Shown: positions 29,609-39,280, numbered from the stretch's first letter. The stretch is DNA of 64,000 nt from an uncultured Gammaproteobacteria bacterium (GCA_964525395.1 CAZGGU010000002.1:30263-94262), one strand, 5' to 3'. The notes: generated by a model not told the origin, from the letters alone. Translations and numbers: made by a program.

Positions 29609-29664
29609 TTGTAATCTTTTTATAAAGTTAATATCAAGCCTCATTAATCTTTAAGAGCTAAACT
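29609..29664 (+). promoter_or_regulatory. Putative OmpR/PhoB-type triple box plus -10 for the 29685 operon
   Basis: TTGTAAT 29609, TTATAAA 29620, ATATCAAG 29631; TAAACT at 29659, same geometry as 23853-23908. Confidence 0.55.
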
Positions 29665-29684
29665 ACGCTTAGAAAGGAGAAGAT

Positions 29685-29903
29685 ATGTATCCCAAAGAAG
29701 GACAAATAAAAATTCAGGAAGCATTAGCAGAAGCAGAGCAGATTGTGTTTGAAGAGCAATATACAGCTGCTCAGGAAGAAGCAGAAGAAGCTGAGCTTGA
29801 GCAAAGACTTATGGAAGTAGAATTAGCAGCAGCAGCGCAGGAAGAAGCAGAGAGACAAGCTGAGATTACTCAAGAAAAAATTGCAGAAGTTGTAGGAGTG
29901 TAA
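29685..29903 (+). CDS. Small acidic Glu/Ala/Gln-rich helical protein
   Basis: AAGGAG Shine-Dalgarno upstream; first gene of a tight three-gene operon. Confidence 0.75.
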   Translation: MYPKEGQIKIQEALAEAEQIVFEEQYTAAQEEAEEAELEQRLMEVELAAAAQEEAERQAEITQEKIAEVVGV

Positions 29904-29904
29904 C

Positions 29905-30237
29905 ATGAAAGAATTAAAAGACTTAATGAAAGATGTCGAGCGAGATCTTTTAATAGGAATAGTGATCTCAGTAAAACATAAACGATTGACTCTAAAAGAG
30001 TCAGAGAAAATTGCGAAAGAGTTTATAGAGGAAAAAACGGAAGATTATGAAAAACTTTTCAAAAAACTCTTTGAAATGGGTAAGAAATATAAAATAGTCA
30101 GAAAAATTTATGTTAAATATGCGCCGGAATATGAATATATGAAAAAAGAAAGGGACTTAAAAATTATGAGAAATTACATAGAAGAAAAAGATTATGAATC
30201 TGCCATTGAATTCGTGAAAGGAAACTATGGATACTAA
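29905..30237 (+). CDS. Small helical hypothetical protein (likely paralog of 32713-33048)
   Basis: 1-nt gap after previous stop; LTLKESEKIAKE...KY...D.ESAIEF pattern. Confidence 0.75.
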   Translation: MKELKDLMKDVERDLLIGIVISVKHKRLTLKESEKIAKEFIEEKTEDYEKLFKKLFEMGKKYKIVRKIYVKYAPEYEYMKKERDLKIMRNYIEEKDYESAIEFVKGNYGY

Positions 30238-30745
30238 TTTTGAGTCAACAACTCAAACTATTTCATCTCAGCCACCAGTTATCGAGCCCATTGAGGCTGG
30301 GGATTTAGACCTCCCAGTGATTGATAAGAAGGGAGACTCTCTGAGAATTACCTCTCAAGCACTTGAAGATTTTGAAGCCGAAGGGGAATCAATTATGAGT
30401 ATTCCGGGCTCACCTCATGAAAAACTTGCAGCATTAGCAGGAGGGAATATAATGCTCGAAGAGTTAAGAAAGGGAGGGAGTAAAAAAGAAAATAAAACAG
30501 ACAAAGCTCAAGAACTCAGCTTAGAGGAAAGAGTGTTAAAACTCCAAGAGGAGTTATTAAAATTGATGATTGCCAGAATGAAAGCAGAGAAAAAAGATCC
30601 TAAGAAAGAAGACGAAATTTATAAAAAACTGAAAAAACTTCTAGAGGAGGCAGAAGGGGAAGGTAAGGCTAATATTCTTCAGTCGCTCATGAATATCACA
30701 TTTATGCTTTATATGATTTCGAATGAAAATTCTTCAAGAGCTTAA
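30227..30745 (+). CDS. Coiled-coil hypothetical protein with C-terminal hydrophobic segment
   Basis: Overlaps previous gene; ends ILQSLMNITFMLYMIS. Confidence 0.75.
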   Translation: MDTNFESTTQTISSQPPVIEPIEAGDLDLPVIDKKGDSLRITSQALEDFEAEGESIMSIPGSPHEKLAALAGGNIMLEELRKGGSKKENKTDKAQELSLEERVLKLQEELLKLMIARMKAEKKDPKKEDEIYKKLKKLLEEAEGEGKANILQSLMNITFMLYMISNENSSRA

Positions 30746-30780
30746 ATATTTTCTGGTATAATACGCACACACTAAGAACT

Positions 30781-30867
30781 GGAGAGTTCGCATAGTGGTC
30801 TAGTGCGTTCGCTTGGAAAGCGGATGTGGTCGTAAGGCTACCGGGAGTTCGAATCTCCCACTCTCCG
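30781..30867 (+). tRNA. tRNA-Ser(GGA)
   Basis: TTCGC-TTGGAAA-GCGGA anticodon arm, long variable arm; TATAAT upstream. Confidence 0.96.
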
Positions 30868-30881
30868 CAGTTAAAGTCTTA

Positions 30882-31322
30882 TTATCCTTGAGGGATCAAT
30901 TGTTTGGCTTCTTTCCACACTCTTTTATCAGAAGGGTAAGTTAGTCGTTTTTCTACTTCTTCCGCTGGAATCCATTCAACATTTTCCATTTCTTCATCGT
31001 GAATTGCTGTGTCTCCACCAGTAGCTCTCATCAAGAAATAATAAACGGTTTTTTTAATTTCTTCTTTTTCATTTTCTCCATTCCAAAAATATGTATACCA
31101 AATAGGTGACAGGGGTCGCTCAATTATAGCCTCTATTCCTGTTTCTTCTTTAACTTCGCGAACAGCTGTTTCTTCTTTTTCTTCGTGGGCTATATCCTCA
31201 CGGTCGCCAATAAGTCCTTTCGGGAAAACCCAGCCATGATGATAGGAGTGTTGGCAAACAAGGATCATGAGATTGGGATCAAATTTATAAACTACGCCAC
31301 CCGCAGAAGATTCTTCAGTCAT
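30882..31322 (-). CDS. NUDIX hydrolase (Ap4A hydrolase-like)
   Basis: SAGGVV, WVFPKG, ETAVREVKEETG Nudix box. Confidence 0.92.
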   Translation of the reverse strand: MTEESSAGGVVYKFDPNLMILVCQHSYHHGWVFPKGLIGDREDIAHEEKEETAVREVKEETGIEAIIERPLSPIWYTYFWNGENEKEEIKKTVYYFLMRATGGDTAIHDEEMENVEWIPAEEVEKRLTYPSDKRVWKEAKQLIPQG

Positions 31323-31339
31323 GGAGAGATTATATCAGA

Positions 31340-32380
31340 TTAAAAGGTAATTCTTTCACAAGAGAGATGTGGGATAAGAACAATCATGTGGAAGAATCTC
31401 ACAGGAGTGTAGTTTAATTGGCATCTAAAGATTGGTCCATGAACTATTACTTTTGGAGTAGGTGTAGGAATTCCAGGGGTTGGGGAAAGTGTAACTGTAG
31501 GAGTCATGGTTGGTGAAGTAGTAGGCGTGGAAGTTGGACTTACGCTTGGCATGTTGGTAGGGGAAACAGTCGGAGAATTACTTGGCATAGGGCTCATGGT
31601 TGGAGAAGCAGATGGCTCGTTTGATGGGGTTGGAGAAGCAGTAGCTGAAGGATTTACGCTAGGAGTCATGGTTGGTGATGCGCTTGGAGTAATAGTGGGC
31701 ATTGGGGTGGCAGTAGCTCCACCGGGAGTTTCAGTTCCTGATGCTTTATTCTGAGACTGTGTAAGAACTCTAACTACGAAATCATTAATGTTATTTTCTG
31801 TGTCTTCGCCATTTCCATTAGCTTCATCAGGTCCCCCAAAAGCCATAGTTGAAGTAGTAGAGCTTGCATTAGCTTTTCTTTCTACGCTTTGTCCTGGTTC
31901 AGGGTTGGTGAGAGGATTTCCCTCGCCAAGAGTATTAATGACAGTTCCAAAGGTTACTGCATCTACGAGTGCGCCAGTATCGATTGCCCCATCTCTTAGG
32001 CCGATACTGTTATTGTCTGCAATTGTTGCGCTTGTAGCCCTGTCGCAGGAAAGAGTAGCAACGAGATCATTATTGCACCAAAGAAAATATCCGTTGGCTG
32101 GTATTACATCACCGTCATTAAAAGCAACTATGCTGTCGTCAGCATCTCCAGTAGAAGACCTTTTTACTAGTCGATATTCTTTGAGGTCAACGTCTGAAGC
32201 GGTAGGATTATAAAGTTCTATGAAGTCATGGGTTGATGCGCCATCTTCTCCTGTTTGAACTTCTGAAATTACTACATGATTAGCAGTAGCAGCAGAAGCG
32301 AAATGGGATTTTTGAAAGAAAAGAAAACCTACGAAGAGAATTATGAAGATTCCTAGAAAAGCTGGCAGTAGTCTTTTCAT
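31340..32380 (-). CDS. Exported lamin-tail-domain protein with Pro/Thr/Ser-rich stalk
   Basis: HVVISEV...DFIELYNPT...VDL; (S/T)P(T/S) repeats; ATG at 32380. Confidence 0.85.
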   Translation of the reverse strand: MKRLLPAFLGIFIILFVGFLFFQKSHFASAATANHVVISEVQTGEDGASTHDFIELYNPTASDVDLKEYRLVKRSSTGDADDSIVAFNDGDVIPANGYFLWCNNDLVATLSCDRATSATIADNNSIGLRDGAIDTGALVDAVTFGTVINTLGEGNPLTNPEPGQSVERKANASSTTSTMAFGGPDEANGNGEDTENNINDFVVRVLTQSQNKASGTETPGGATATPMPTITPSASPTMTPSVNPSATASPTPSNEPSASPTMSPMPSNSPTVSPTNMPSVSPTSTPTTSPTMTPTVTLSPTPGIPTPTPKVIVHGPIFRCQLNYTPVRFFHMIVLIPHLSCERITF

Positions 32381-32440
32381 TACTTTATGTATAATCCTAT
32401 TTTTCAGCTCTGTCAACTGAGTCAAAAGAGGTCAAATGCT

Positions 32441-32533
32441 TGGCGGAGGAGATGGGATTTGAACCCATGTGAGCGTTATTCACACTCAGGAATTTAGCAA
32501 ACTCCCGCAATGGACCAACTATGCGACTCCTCC
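32441..32533 (-). tRNA. tRNA-Ser(GCU), CCA encoded
   Basis: GGAGT-TTGCTAA-ATTCC anticodon arm, long variable arm, GGTTCAAATCC. Confidence 0.95.
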
Positions 32534-32712
32534 TCGTCAAAGCATGACCTTTTGTCTTCATTAAGCTAAAGCTTAATTTCGACTTGAGGGGCATCTTTTC
32601 CTCTTAAAATTCTTTCAGAATTTTATAGAACCCGAGACTAGTGGTTATTATATCATTTGAAGGCTAGAAAAACTTGCAATTTCTCCACAAACAATCAATA
32701 CTAATATATAGT

Positions 32713-33048
32713 ATGCCGCTTGAAGAAAGTGAAAAATTGGAGTTGGAAAAAAGAATGGTGGATTTGATGCTAGATCAAATGGCGGAAGGAAAGCTAACAG
32801 ACAACCAAGCACAATCTATTTCCAGATATTGCGAAGAAAGCTTGAAAAACGTGAAGAATAAACAGCATCTCTCAGAATTCCTCTCAGTTTTAGTCAGTAA
32901 ATATCCTTTTTTCCAAAGCATTCAAGCTTCAGAGCAAGGTAAAGTGGACGAAGCGGTAGATAAAGAGGTTCATGAGGGAGCCTTAGTACTCGCTCAGCAC
33001 GGAAAGATCGAGGAGGCGATCAAGCTGACCCAAACAGCTACCAATTAG
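32713..33048 (+). CDS. Small helical hypothetical protein (likely paralog of 29905-30237)
   Basis: LTDNQAQSISRY...KYPFF...G.IEEAIKL; ATG at 32713. Confidence 0.75.
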   Translation: MPLEESEKLELEKRMVDLMLDQMAEGKLTDNQAQSISRYCEESLKNVKNKQHLSEFLSVLVSKYPFFQSIQASEQGKVDEAVDKEVHEGALVLAQHGKIEEAIKLTQTATN

Positions 33049-33049
33049 T

Positions 33050-34846
33050 ATGCCAGACGAGCAGATATTAGCCCAAGCTACACTTGAGAAAAACCCTATT
33101 CCTTCAGGAGGAGTGTTATCTCCTGATCAGCAGCGTGCAAAAGATATTAGAATAAAAATGGGAGAAGGTAAGGGGCTATCTGCTTTTGATGCTGCAATAA
33201 GCTCCTCACAAAGAGTTGAGGTTGGAGCAAGAACGAAAACGCTAGATGCGAATTTTGGAATTGATCGCGATCCCACAACTGGTGCTAAAAAGAGAGACGC
33301 TGCAGCTGAGCCTGGCTCTCAAGATAGATATGATCGTGCCCAAAAAGCCCTTCAACAAGCTGAAGAAATACTTAGTGTTGGTTTAACCACAGACAGAGAT
33401 GCTTTGCTTGCAAATTTGGAAAGCGCTATGTCTGTTTTGCCAGGATATAGTGATTACTTGTCTACAATTTCTGATCCTAATATTCGAAAAGCTATGGTCG
33501 AAGATCTTCTAAGAAACCCAAAATTAATGGAAAAGATCCGAGCTGGGCATGATCGAGTGACTGCTGAATCAGCGAGATTAAAAGATGAAGTAACAGAAGC
33601 CAAGAAAAAAGCAGACGAGGCAGAAGCAGCTAGGGTTAAGAAGCAGGGAGAAAGAGATGCTGTTAGCGGGAAAGGCGGTACCCTTGATTCAGCTAGGACA
33701 GCAGAGCTGAGTTTTGCTGACACTAGTACGGCAGGAGCAAAGGGAACAGAATTAGAAGTTCTTCAGAAAGATTCTACAGGAGCTCCAAGAGATCTGGAGG
33801 CAGAAGAAAGAGATGCCTTGAATGCTAGAAATCGTGCAAAGACGCTATTCGATGCTAGAAATAAGAGATTTGCAGATGTGCAAGTGGCAGGAAAAGTTCC
33901 AGGCAATAAAGAATATGACGAAGCTGAAGGATTATTGAATGTTGCTCAAAGAGATTTAAGCAATTCTGAAAATAGTTATTCGAGAGCAAGAAAAGATAAA
34001 GCAAGAAGAACAGAGCTTGAGAAAGAGAAGGCAGAGCTTCCTGGAAAAATAAGACAGCTTGAGGCTGATGAAATTAGATTGATCGGTGAATATTCTGATG
34101 CTGAAAAAGCAGCTTTAATAGCTAGGGCAGACTTAAACTCTAAACAAGTAGATCGAGCTGCAGCTGAAGAGGCATACGCTTCGAATGCTGAAAGAGTAGT
34201 ACCCGATGCTCTCAGAGATCACTTAAGAGAGCAGATGCATGCAGCAGATGAGGCGAATAGAGCGCTTCTGGATAAAATGGAAACAGATGCTAGAACAGCG
34301 GGAGAAAAAAATATAGTTAAGCAAATTAAGGAAAGATATTTAACGAAAAAAAGAAATTTACGTGGTAACGAAGAATTAGCTTTTGATAAAAATAAAGCTA
34401 AGGAAGATGTTGCCTTCTTTATGAACGGTGGAACTCCGGACAAAATGGTACAAGCGGCTTTAGAGGCGACTTATGGTGCCGGAAGTCCAAAGGTTGCTGA
34501 GTTTATGGCAAAGCCAGACTTCGTTTCTACGTATGGAAATGAGATAGTAAAGCAGGCTTTTATGAGATATGTGGCTGATGGTGGTAAGATATCTGCTGCA
34601 CAACAAGCATATATCGAGGCTCAGCCATGGGGTCAAGGCTTAATCGAATCTGCTTTATCTGCCCCAAGCGTTAAAGCTAAAGAAAAAGAACTTAAAGAAA
34701 AAGGATTACTGCCTTCAGGTGGTTTCGTGGAGTTAGTAAAAAATAATAAAGGTAAAATTGGATTAGGTATATTGCTTATGATCGCGATGGGGCTATTGGC
34801 TCCTACTGCCATTCCTATGATCGCTGGTGCGGTGGGTGCGGTATAA
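33050..34846 (+). CDS. Long coiled-coil protein with C-terminal TM anchor
   Basis: Ala/Glu/Lys/Arg heptads; ends IGLGILLMIAMGLLAPTAIPMIAGAVGAV. Confidence 0.85.
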   Translation: MPDEQILAQATLEKNPIPSGGVLSPDQQRAKDIRIKMGEGKGLSAFDAAISSSQRVEVGARTKTLDANFGIDRDPTTGAKKRDAAAEPGSQDRYDRAQKALQQAEEILSVGLTTDRDALLANLESAMSVLPGYSDYLSTISDPNIRKAMVEDLLRNPKLMEKIRAGHDRVTAESARLKDEVTEAKKKADEAEAARVKKQGERDAVSGKGGTLDSARTAELSFADTSTAGAKGTELEVLQKDSTGAPRDLEAEERDALNARNRAKTLFDARNKRFADVQVAGKVPGNKEYDEAEGLLNVAQRDLSNSENSYSRARKDKARRTELEKEKAELPGKIRQLEADEIRLIGEYSDAEKAALIARADLNSKQVDRAAAEEAYASNAERVVPDALRDHLREQMHAADEANRALLDKMETDARTAGEKNIVKQIKERYLTKKRNLRGNEELAFDKNKAKEDVAFFMNGGTPDKMVQAALEATYGAGSPKVAEFMAKPDFVSTYGNEIVKQAFMRYVADGGKISAAQQAYIEAQPWGQGLIESALSAPSVKAKEKELKEKGLLPSGGFVELVKNNKGKIGLGILLMIAMGLLAPTAIPMIAGAVGAV

Positions 34847-34854
34847 ATAAAAAA

Positions 34855-35412
34855 TTAAGCTTCGTAAGAGTAAATTTTTCCTGGAGTATGTTCGAATGAG
34901 CACATTTGCTCATCGCTCATTTTCTCGAAGTATTTTCTAATTGGACGTAGGGAATTTCCGCACGCGCAGATAAAAATTACATCATTTTGCCAAATGTTTA
35001 AGATTATTTCGTCGATAAATCCCTTAACGCGCTCATCTACCTGCTTAAGACTTTCCCCATTGGGTGGGGCAGCGTCATATGAGCGGTGCCACTTTTCAAA
35101 GTCTTTGGGATAAAGATGCTGGATGTTTGCCTTACTTTTTCCTGTAAGATCACCATAATCTCGCTCTAGCAGTCTAGGATCAGCCACCATTTCAAATTCC
35201 TTATGACCTTTAAGTGCTATTTCTAGAGTGGATTTGGTTCTAGTATTTGGAGCGCAGTAGGCCTTAGTGACCTTTTGATCTTTAAGAAAAACTCTTATTT
35301 CTTCAGCTTCTTTTTCACCCTCTTCGGTGAGCTTGGGATCTCGTCTGCCTGAAAAAACACCTGCTTTATTATCTTCAGTCTGTGCATGACGGAATAAAAA
35401 TATTTTTGCCAT
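34855..35412 (-). CDS. Histidine phosphatase / dPGM-like phosphoglycerate mutase
   Basis: LFRHAQT, LLERDYGDLTG, WHRSYDAAPPNGESLK; second catalytic His replaced (ACGNSLR). Confidence 0.85.
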   Translation of the reverse strand: MAKIFLFRHAQTEDNKAGVFSGRRDPKLTEEGEKEAEEIRVFLKDQKVTKAYCAPNTRTKSTLEIALKGHKEFEMVADPRLLERDYGDLTGKSKANIQHLYPKDFEKWHRSYDAAPPNGESLKQVDERVKGFIDEIILNIWQNDVIFICACGNSLRPIRKYFEKMSDEQMCSFEHTPGKIYSYEA

Positions 35413-35436
35413 AATACTATTATAGCAGGAGAAAAA

Positions 35437-36135
35437 GTGCCAAGTATTTTAGATATTTTATTTCCGAAATACTGCGTGAATTGCCGGAAGTCTGGAGATT
35501 TTTTGTGCCCTAATTGTTTTTCTAAACTTAGTTATGATGTAAATAATATCTGCTTAGCTTGTACCAAGCCTAGCTATAATTCACTTACTCATCCGAATTG
35601 TCGAAATAAAAATAGGATTGAAGGAGCATTTGCCTGTTTGGTTTTCGATTCTATTACCAAGAAACTAGTTCACCAATTTAAATATGAGCCGTATTTATCT
35701 AGCCTTGCTCCTTTTATAACGGACTTAATGTTTGAGTCTCTCATCCAGAATGAAGAGTTTGTCAAACTGCAAAAACAGGAAATAATTTTGGTTCCAATAC
35801 CACTTAGTAAAAAGAAATATAGAAGTAGGGGATATAACCAGTCGGAGCTTGTTTCCAAAGAGCTATCTAAAAAGCTTCATTGGAAAACTCTGAATGCCTT
35901 AATTCGCGTGAAAGATACGAAGACTCAGGTAGGGTTAACCAAAGAAGAGAGAAGGGATAATATTCACGACGCTTTTAAAATTAATCCAAAATTTGTAAAA
36001 GAAATTGCCAATAAGAATATTTTATTAATAGATGATGTGGTGACGACAGGCGCGACATTTAATGAGGCAACTCGAATACTGAAGCTAGAAAAAGTGGGTA
36101 ATGTTTGGGGAATTGCTTTTGCGAAGGAGGATTAA
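35437..36135 (+). CDS. comF: ComF-family competence protein (double zinc ribbon + PRTase)
   Basis: FPKYCVNC...C..C, VPIPL..K.YR.RGYNQS, LLIDDVVTTGAT. Confidence 0.92.
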   Translation: MPSILDILFPKYCVNCRKSGDFLCPNCFSKLSYDVNNICLACTKPSYNSLTHPNCRNKNRIEGAFACLVFDSITKKLVHQFKYEPYLSSLAPFITDLMFESLIQNEEFVKLQKQEIILVPIPLSKKKYRSRGYNQSELVSKELSKKLHWKTLNALIRVKDTKTQVGLTKEERRDNIHDAFKINPKFVKEIANKNILLIDDVVTTGATFNEATRILKLEKVGNVWGIAFAKED

Positions 36136-36141
36136 AACCTA

Positions 36142-36165
36142 AAAATCCGCAGTTACGCGGATTTT
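36142..36165. terminator. Bidirectional intrinsic terminator between comF and tmRNA
   Basis: AAAATCCGC-agttac-GCGGATTTT. Confidence 0.75.
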
Positions 36166-36170
36166 ATTTG

Positions 36171-36577
36171 TGGAGATGTCGAGGAGTGACCTCGAGTGCA
36201 AGAAGTTTATTTTTAAACGTCTACAAGCTTAGCTAAATGTTTTTTTGATCACTCTATTCTTTGAAATTTAGCATCCATAAATAGAGTCAAGGTTATAAAT
36301 ACAATAAGGACCTAACCGGCTTCCTTACAGTTTTTCTCAGCTGTTTTTATGCTCAAATTGCCTCACTGAGAAAAGGACAAAGCGAACATCCTAAATCTTA
36401 AACAACAGCAAAAGCTGGTGCTCCGAATTGAGGAACAGAAAGGTTAGGGATTAACCCCTTTACCTTAGCTGTTAAAATGCCTTTATTAGCATTTATTTTT
36501 TGATTATGTTTAACGACTACTATCAAAGTCGGCTTGCAATTTATTAATGTACTAACTTGTCGATGCAATGCATCCCC
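36171..36577 (-). ncRNA. ssrA: tmRNA
   Basis: 5' GGGGATG pairs with 3' CATCTCC-A (G3-U70), TCGAC motif, ATAAAT-GCT resume site, tag ORF 36490-36398; adjacent to smpB. Confidence 0.92.
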
Positions 36578-36617
36578 AAGGCCTATATATTAACACTCTT
36601 GAGGCTAAAAGTCAAGT

Positions 36618-37052
36618 TTATAAGGCTAATTCACGGTCTAAATCACGCTGTAGGTCTTTGCGTTTTTTAGCATCTTTTTTATCAAATTGCTTTTTTCCGC
36701 GACCAATTCCTACCTCAAGTTTTATTAGCCCATGTTTGAGATAAAAGGCGATGGGTACTAAGGCTGATCCAGCTCCATCAGTTTTACCTTTGAGGCTAAT
36801 TATTTCCCTTTTATGAAGAAGAAGTTTTCGAGATCTAGTTTCATCATAATTTTCTGGCCTAGCGTATTCATAAGGAAAAATCTTGGCATTAATTAGATAT
36901 GCTTCTGAGCCTATTATTCTTACGTGGCTGCCTGATAAATCGGCATGCCCTAGTTTTACTGCCTTAACTTCAGCTCCGATAAGATTTATCCCAGCTTCTA
37001 TTTTTTCACCTATTTGATAGTCATAAAATGCACGTTTATTAGTTATTTTCAT
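36618..37052 (-). CDS. smpB: SsrA-binding protein
   Basis: NKRAFYDY...EAGI.L.G.EVK, R.RKLLLHKREI, GRGKK.FDK. Confidence 0.97.
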   Translation of the reverse strand: MKITNKRAFYDYQIGEKIEAGINLIGAEVKAVKLGHADLSGSHVRIIGSEAYLINAKIFPYEYARPENYDETRSRKLLLHKREIISLKGKTDGAGSALVPIAFYLKHGLIKLEVGIGRGKKQFDKKDAKKRKDLQRDLDRELAL

Positions 37053-37074
37053 CCTTCGACAGGCTCAGGACAAG
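37053..37074. repeat. REP-like element abutting smpB start codon
   Basis: CCTTCGACAGGCTCAGGACAAG shares the TTCGACA.GCTCA core with 28802 and 55042. Confidence 0.7.
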
Positions 37075-37183
37075 TAGGTGGAGTCTGCATTGCTATGATA
37101 CTAGAGAAGAAGGGAATTGTAAATTTATTCACGCACCTCTGACAAGTGATGGCTTTTTGATTGGAATAAAAAAGGTGTAGAAT

Positions 37184-39274
37184 TTACTTTAGCACGATTT
37201 TGTAGATTTTGTCTCCAGAAAGAATAAAAAGATTCTTTGCAGATTCATTTACGTCCAGTCCCTTGGCATTTTTAATTATATCTGCACTATATTCGCTTAG
37301 GAATTTACCATCTTTGTCCATGATTACTACACGCGAGTTGCCGTTGTCTAAGATATAAAGGTTATCTGTGTTTTCATTGGTGTAGATCTTAGTCGGATTT
37401 GAAAGTGCACGAGAAAGGCCAGAGACTTCAAATGCGTCTTCTTTTCCTCTAGTATATTTTTTAATCGAACCATCTTTATTAAGCACATATACTGAGCCGT
37501 CTATTGCCATGTCTACGCTGTTTGAAAAGTCTGGAGCAGTACTGAAATAATCAGATTTGGTAAAATCTGAACCTGAAGGAGCGAACTTTAAGACATTGTC
37601 GGATTTGTCGAGTACATAAACATTTGAGCCGAAGGTCCCGATGCCTCCTGCGTTTTTCCAATCTTTATCAATGATCGATTCAGACTTATCGTTGCCTTTA
37701 TCGATTTTAGTAACACCTTTGCTGTCGATGTAGTAAATAAAGTCATCGTTTTGAGAAAAAGCCGTACCAGAGTTGTCGATCTCCGCAGCTAAGAGCTTGG
37801 AATCGGATTTACTGGCCTCTGTTGCTTGATTTCCACCACCTGTTGATCCGCCTGAAGATTCACCCAGTTCTGCATTTACTTTAGAAAGTAGATCCTCAAT
37901 CTGATTATCCTCATCCGAGCCTTCTTTAAAAGTATCTTTATTTGTATTCAGCAGATTTTGTGCATCTTGGAAACTCTCCTGTGCAAGGGGAGCATTAAGG
38001 TCTTTTAAACTAATTCCTTCGTTGTATTTATCATTTGCCTCAGAATAAACTGCGTCAAATTTGGCTTGATCGTCCTTGCTGCCTTTGGTTATTACAGCGA
38101 AAACAATAGCAATAATAATGATTAAAACTAGTAGGCCGGCTACAATTGCAATAATTTTTCTTGATTTACTTAAACCTCTAGCGCCTTTTAGACTTGAAAG
38201 TTTGAATCCCATACCTAGTTTTCTTCTAGATCTTGGAATATCAGTCAGGAATGGAGATTCTTGAATTTCTTCTTTTGTATCTTCCTTGGCTGTGAATTCT
38301 GGATTGGAAAAATGTGGGGGTGGCTGGTTTTCAAATGGACGAATATTCTCAGGATTTGTGTTGCTCATGCTTTGATTAATCTGAGAAAAAGCAGGCTCTT
38401 TAGGCACACTAAGATTTCGGAATTCATCCCCCATATTGGTTGGAGTCGGCTCTGGTGTTTTTTCTTCATTGAGGGGTTCCGCTGTTATTGTTTCAACTGT
38501 TTCAACTGAGTGGGGTTGTAGAGGATCTATTTCCTCCACAGTTTCATTTGTTTCGATTAGTGTGGGCGTATCTAGGGGGGGTGTACTTTGTTCCTCAATT
38601 GCTTCTCCTAAGCTTTCATCTTCTGGTTTTTCTTCTTCAGTTGTAGCTACCACTGCTGCTACAGGAACATCTTCAAATGCCCCAATTTTATAAACAAGTA
38701 TTACTGCAGCTGCTCCGCCTTCGATTCTTTCGTGGATGTGTGGCGCCAATTCTTCTGAGATTTCATCTGGAGTTGATTTGTCCATAGAGGATGCTAAGGT
38801 AGAGGTGGAGATAATTTTCTGGAATTGAGAAGTCTGGAGAACTATGGAATCTCCGTCTTGAACGTAACCTGATGCTGATTTTACATTTCCAGAAGTATCA
38901 CCTTCTAAAACAGTGCCAATTTTTTCTCCTCTTTTAAGCACCGCTTTTCCACCACCGATTGCATAAAGATATAAAACGTTGTCACTTAAGTAACAGACGA
39001 TAAATGAAGGCTTTACGTTTTCGCCAACTCTAGCAATGGTGGTTTCCACTGCTCCTTTAATAGATTCCAGGTCTTTGGCCTCGATTGTGAAAAACTCGCT
39101 TTCTAGGGTTGAGATAATATCTTTGCCAATTTTTGCTAAATCATCTGTGGGTTCTGCAGCGGTGGACTCAAGAGAAAGCGCAGCAAAGAGTTTACCAGCG
39201 CTGTAAGCTTGTGACCAAGCGTTTGGAGTAGGGTTCGCGACTACTTTAGAAAATGCTAAATTATTATCTGCCAT
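37184..39274 (-). CDS. Membrane protein: degenerate PP2C-like N-domain, acidic linker, TM, C-terminal beta-propeller
   Basis: NVLYLYAIGGG...SASG..QDGD; NHL-like repeats NVYVLD, DMAIDGSVYVL, LYILDNGNSRVV. Confidence 0.7.
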   Translation of the reverse strand: MADNNLAFSKVVANPTPNAWSQAYSAGKLFAALSLESTAAEPTDDLAKIGKDIISTLESEFFTIEAKDLESIKGAVETTIARVGENVKPSFIVCYLSDNVLYLYAIGGGKAVLKRGEKIGTVLEGDTSGNVKSASGYVQDGDSIVLQTSQFQKIISTSTLASSMDKSTPDEISEELAPHIHERIEGGAAAVILVYKIGAFEDVPVAAVVATTEEEKPEDESLGEAIEEQSTPPLDTPTLIETNETVEEIDPLQPHSVETVETITAEPLNEEKTPEPTPTNMGDEFRNLSVPKEPAFSQINQSMSNTNPENIRPFENQPPPHFSNPEFTAKEDTKEEIQESPFLTDIPRSRRKLGMGFKLSSLKGARGLSKSRKIIAIVAGLLVLIIIIAIVFAVITKGSKDDQAKFDAVYSEANDKYNEGISLKDLNAPLAQESFQDAQNLLNTNKDTFKEGSDEDNQIEDLLSKVNAELGESSGGSTGGGNQATEASKSDSKLLAAEIDNSGTAFSQNDDFIYYIDSKGVTKIDKGNDKSESIIDKDWKNAGGIGTFGSNVYVLDKSDNVLKFAPSGSDFTKSDYFSTAPDFSNSVDMAIDGSVYVLNKDGSIKKYTRGKEDAFEVSGLSRALSNPTKIYTNENTDNLYILDNGNSRVVIMDKDGKFLSEYSADIIKNAKGLDVNESAKNLFILSGDKIYKIVLK

Positions 39275-39280
39275 CTCGTC

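Noticed and set aside
31440-31730. Tandem repeat-like DNA resembling an array
   Set aside because: Encodes the Pro/Thr/Ser stalk of the lamin-tail protein; no constant repeat with unique spacers and no cas genes, so not CRISPR
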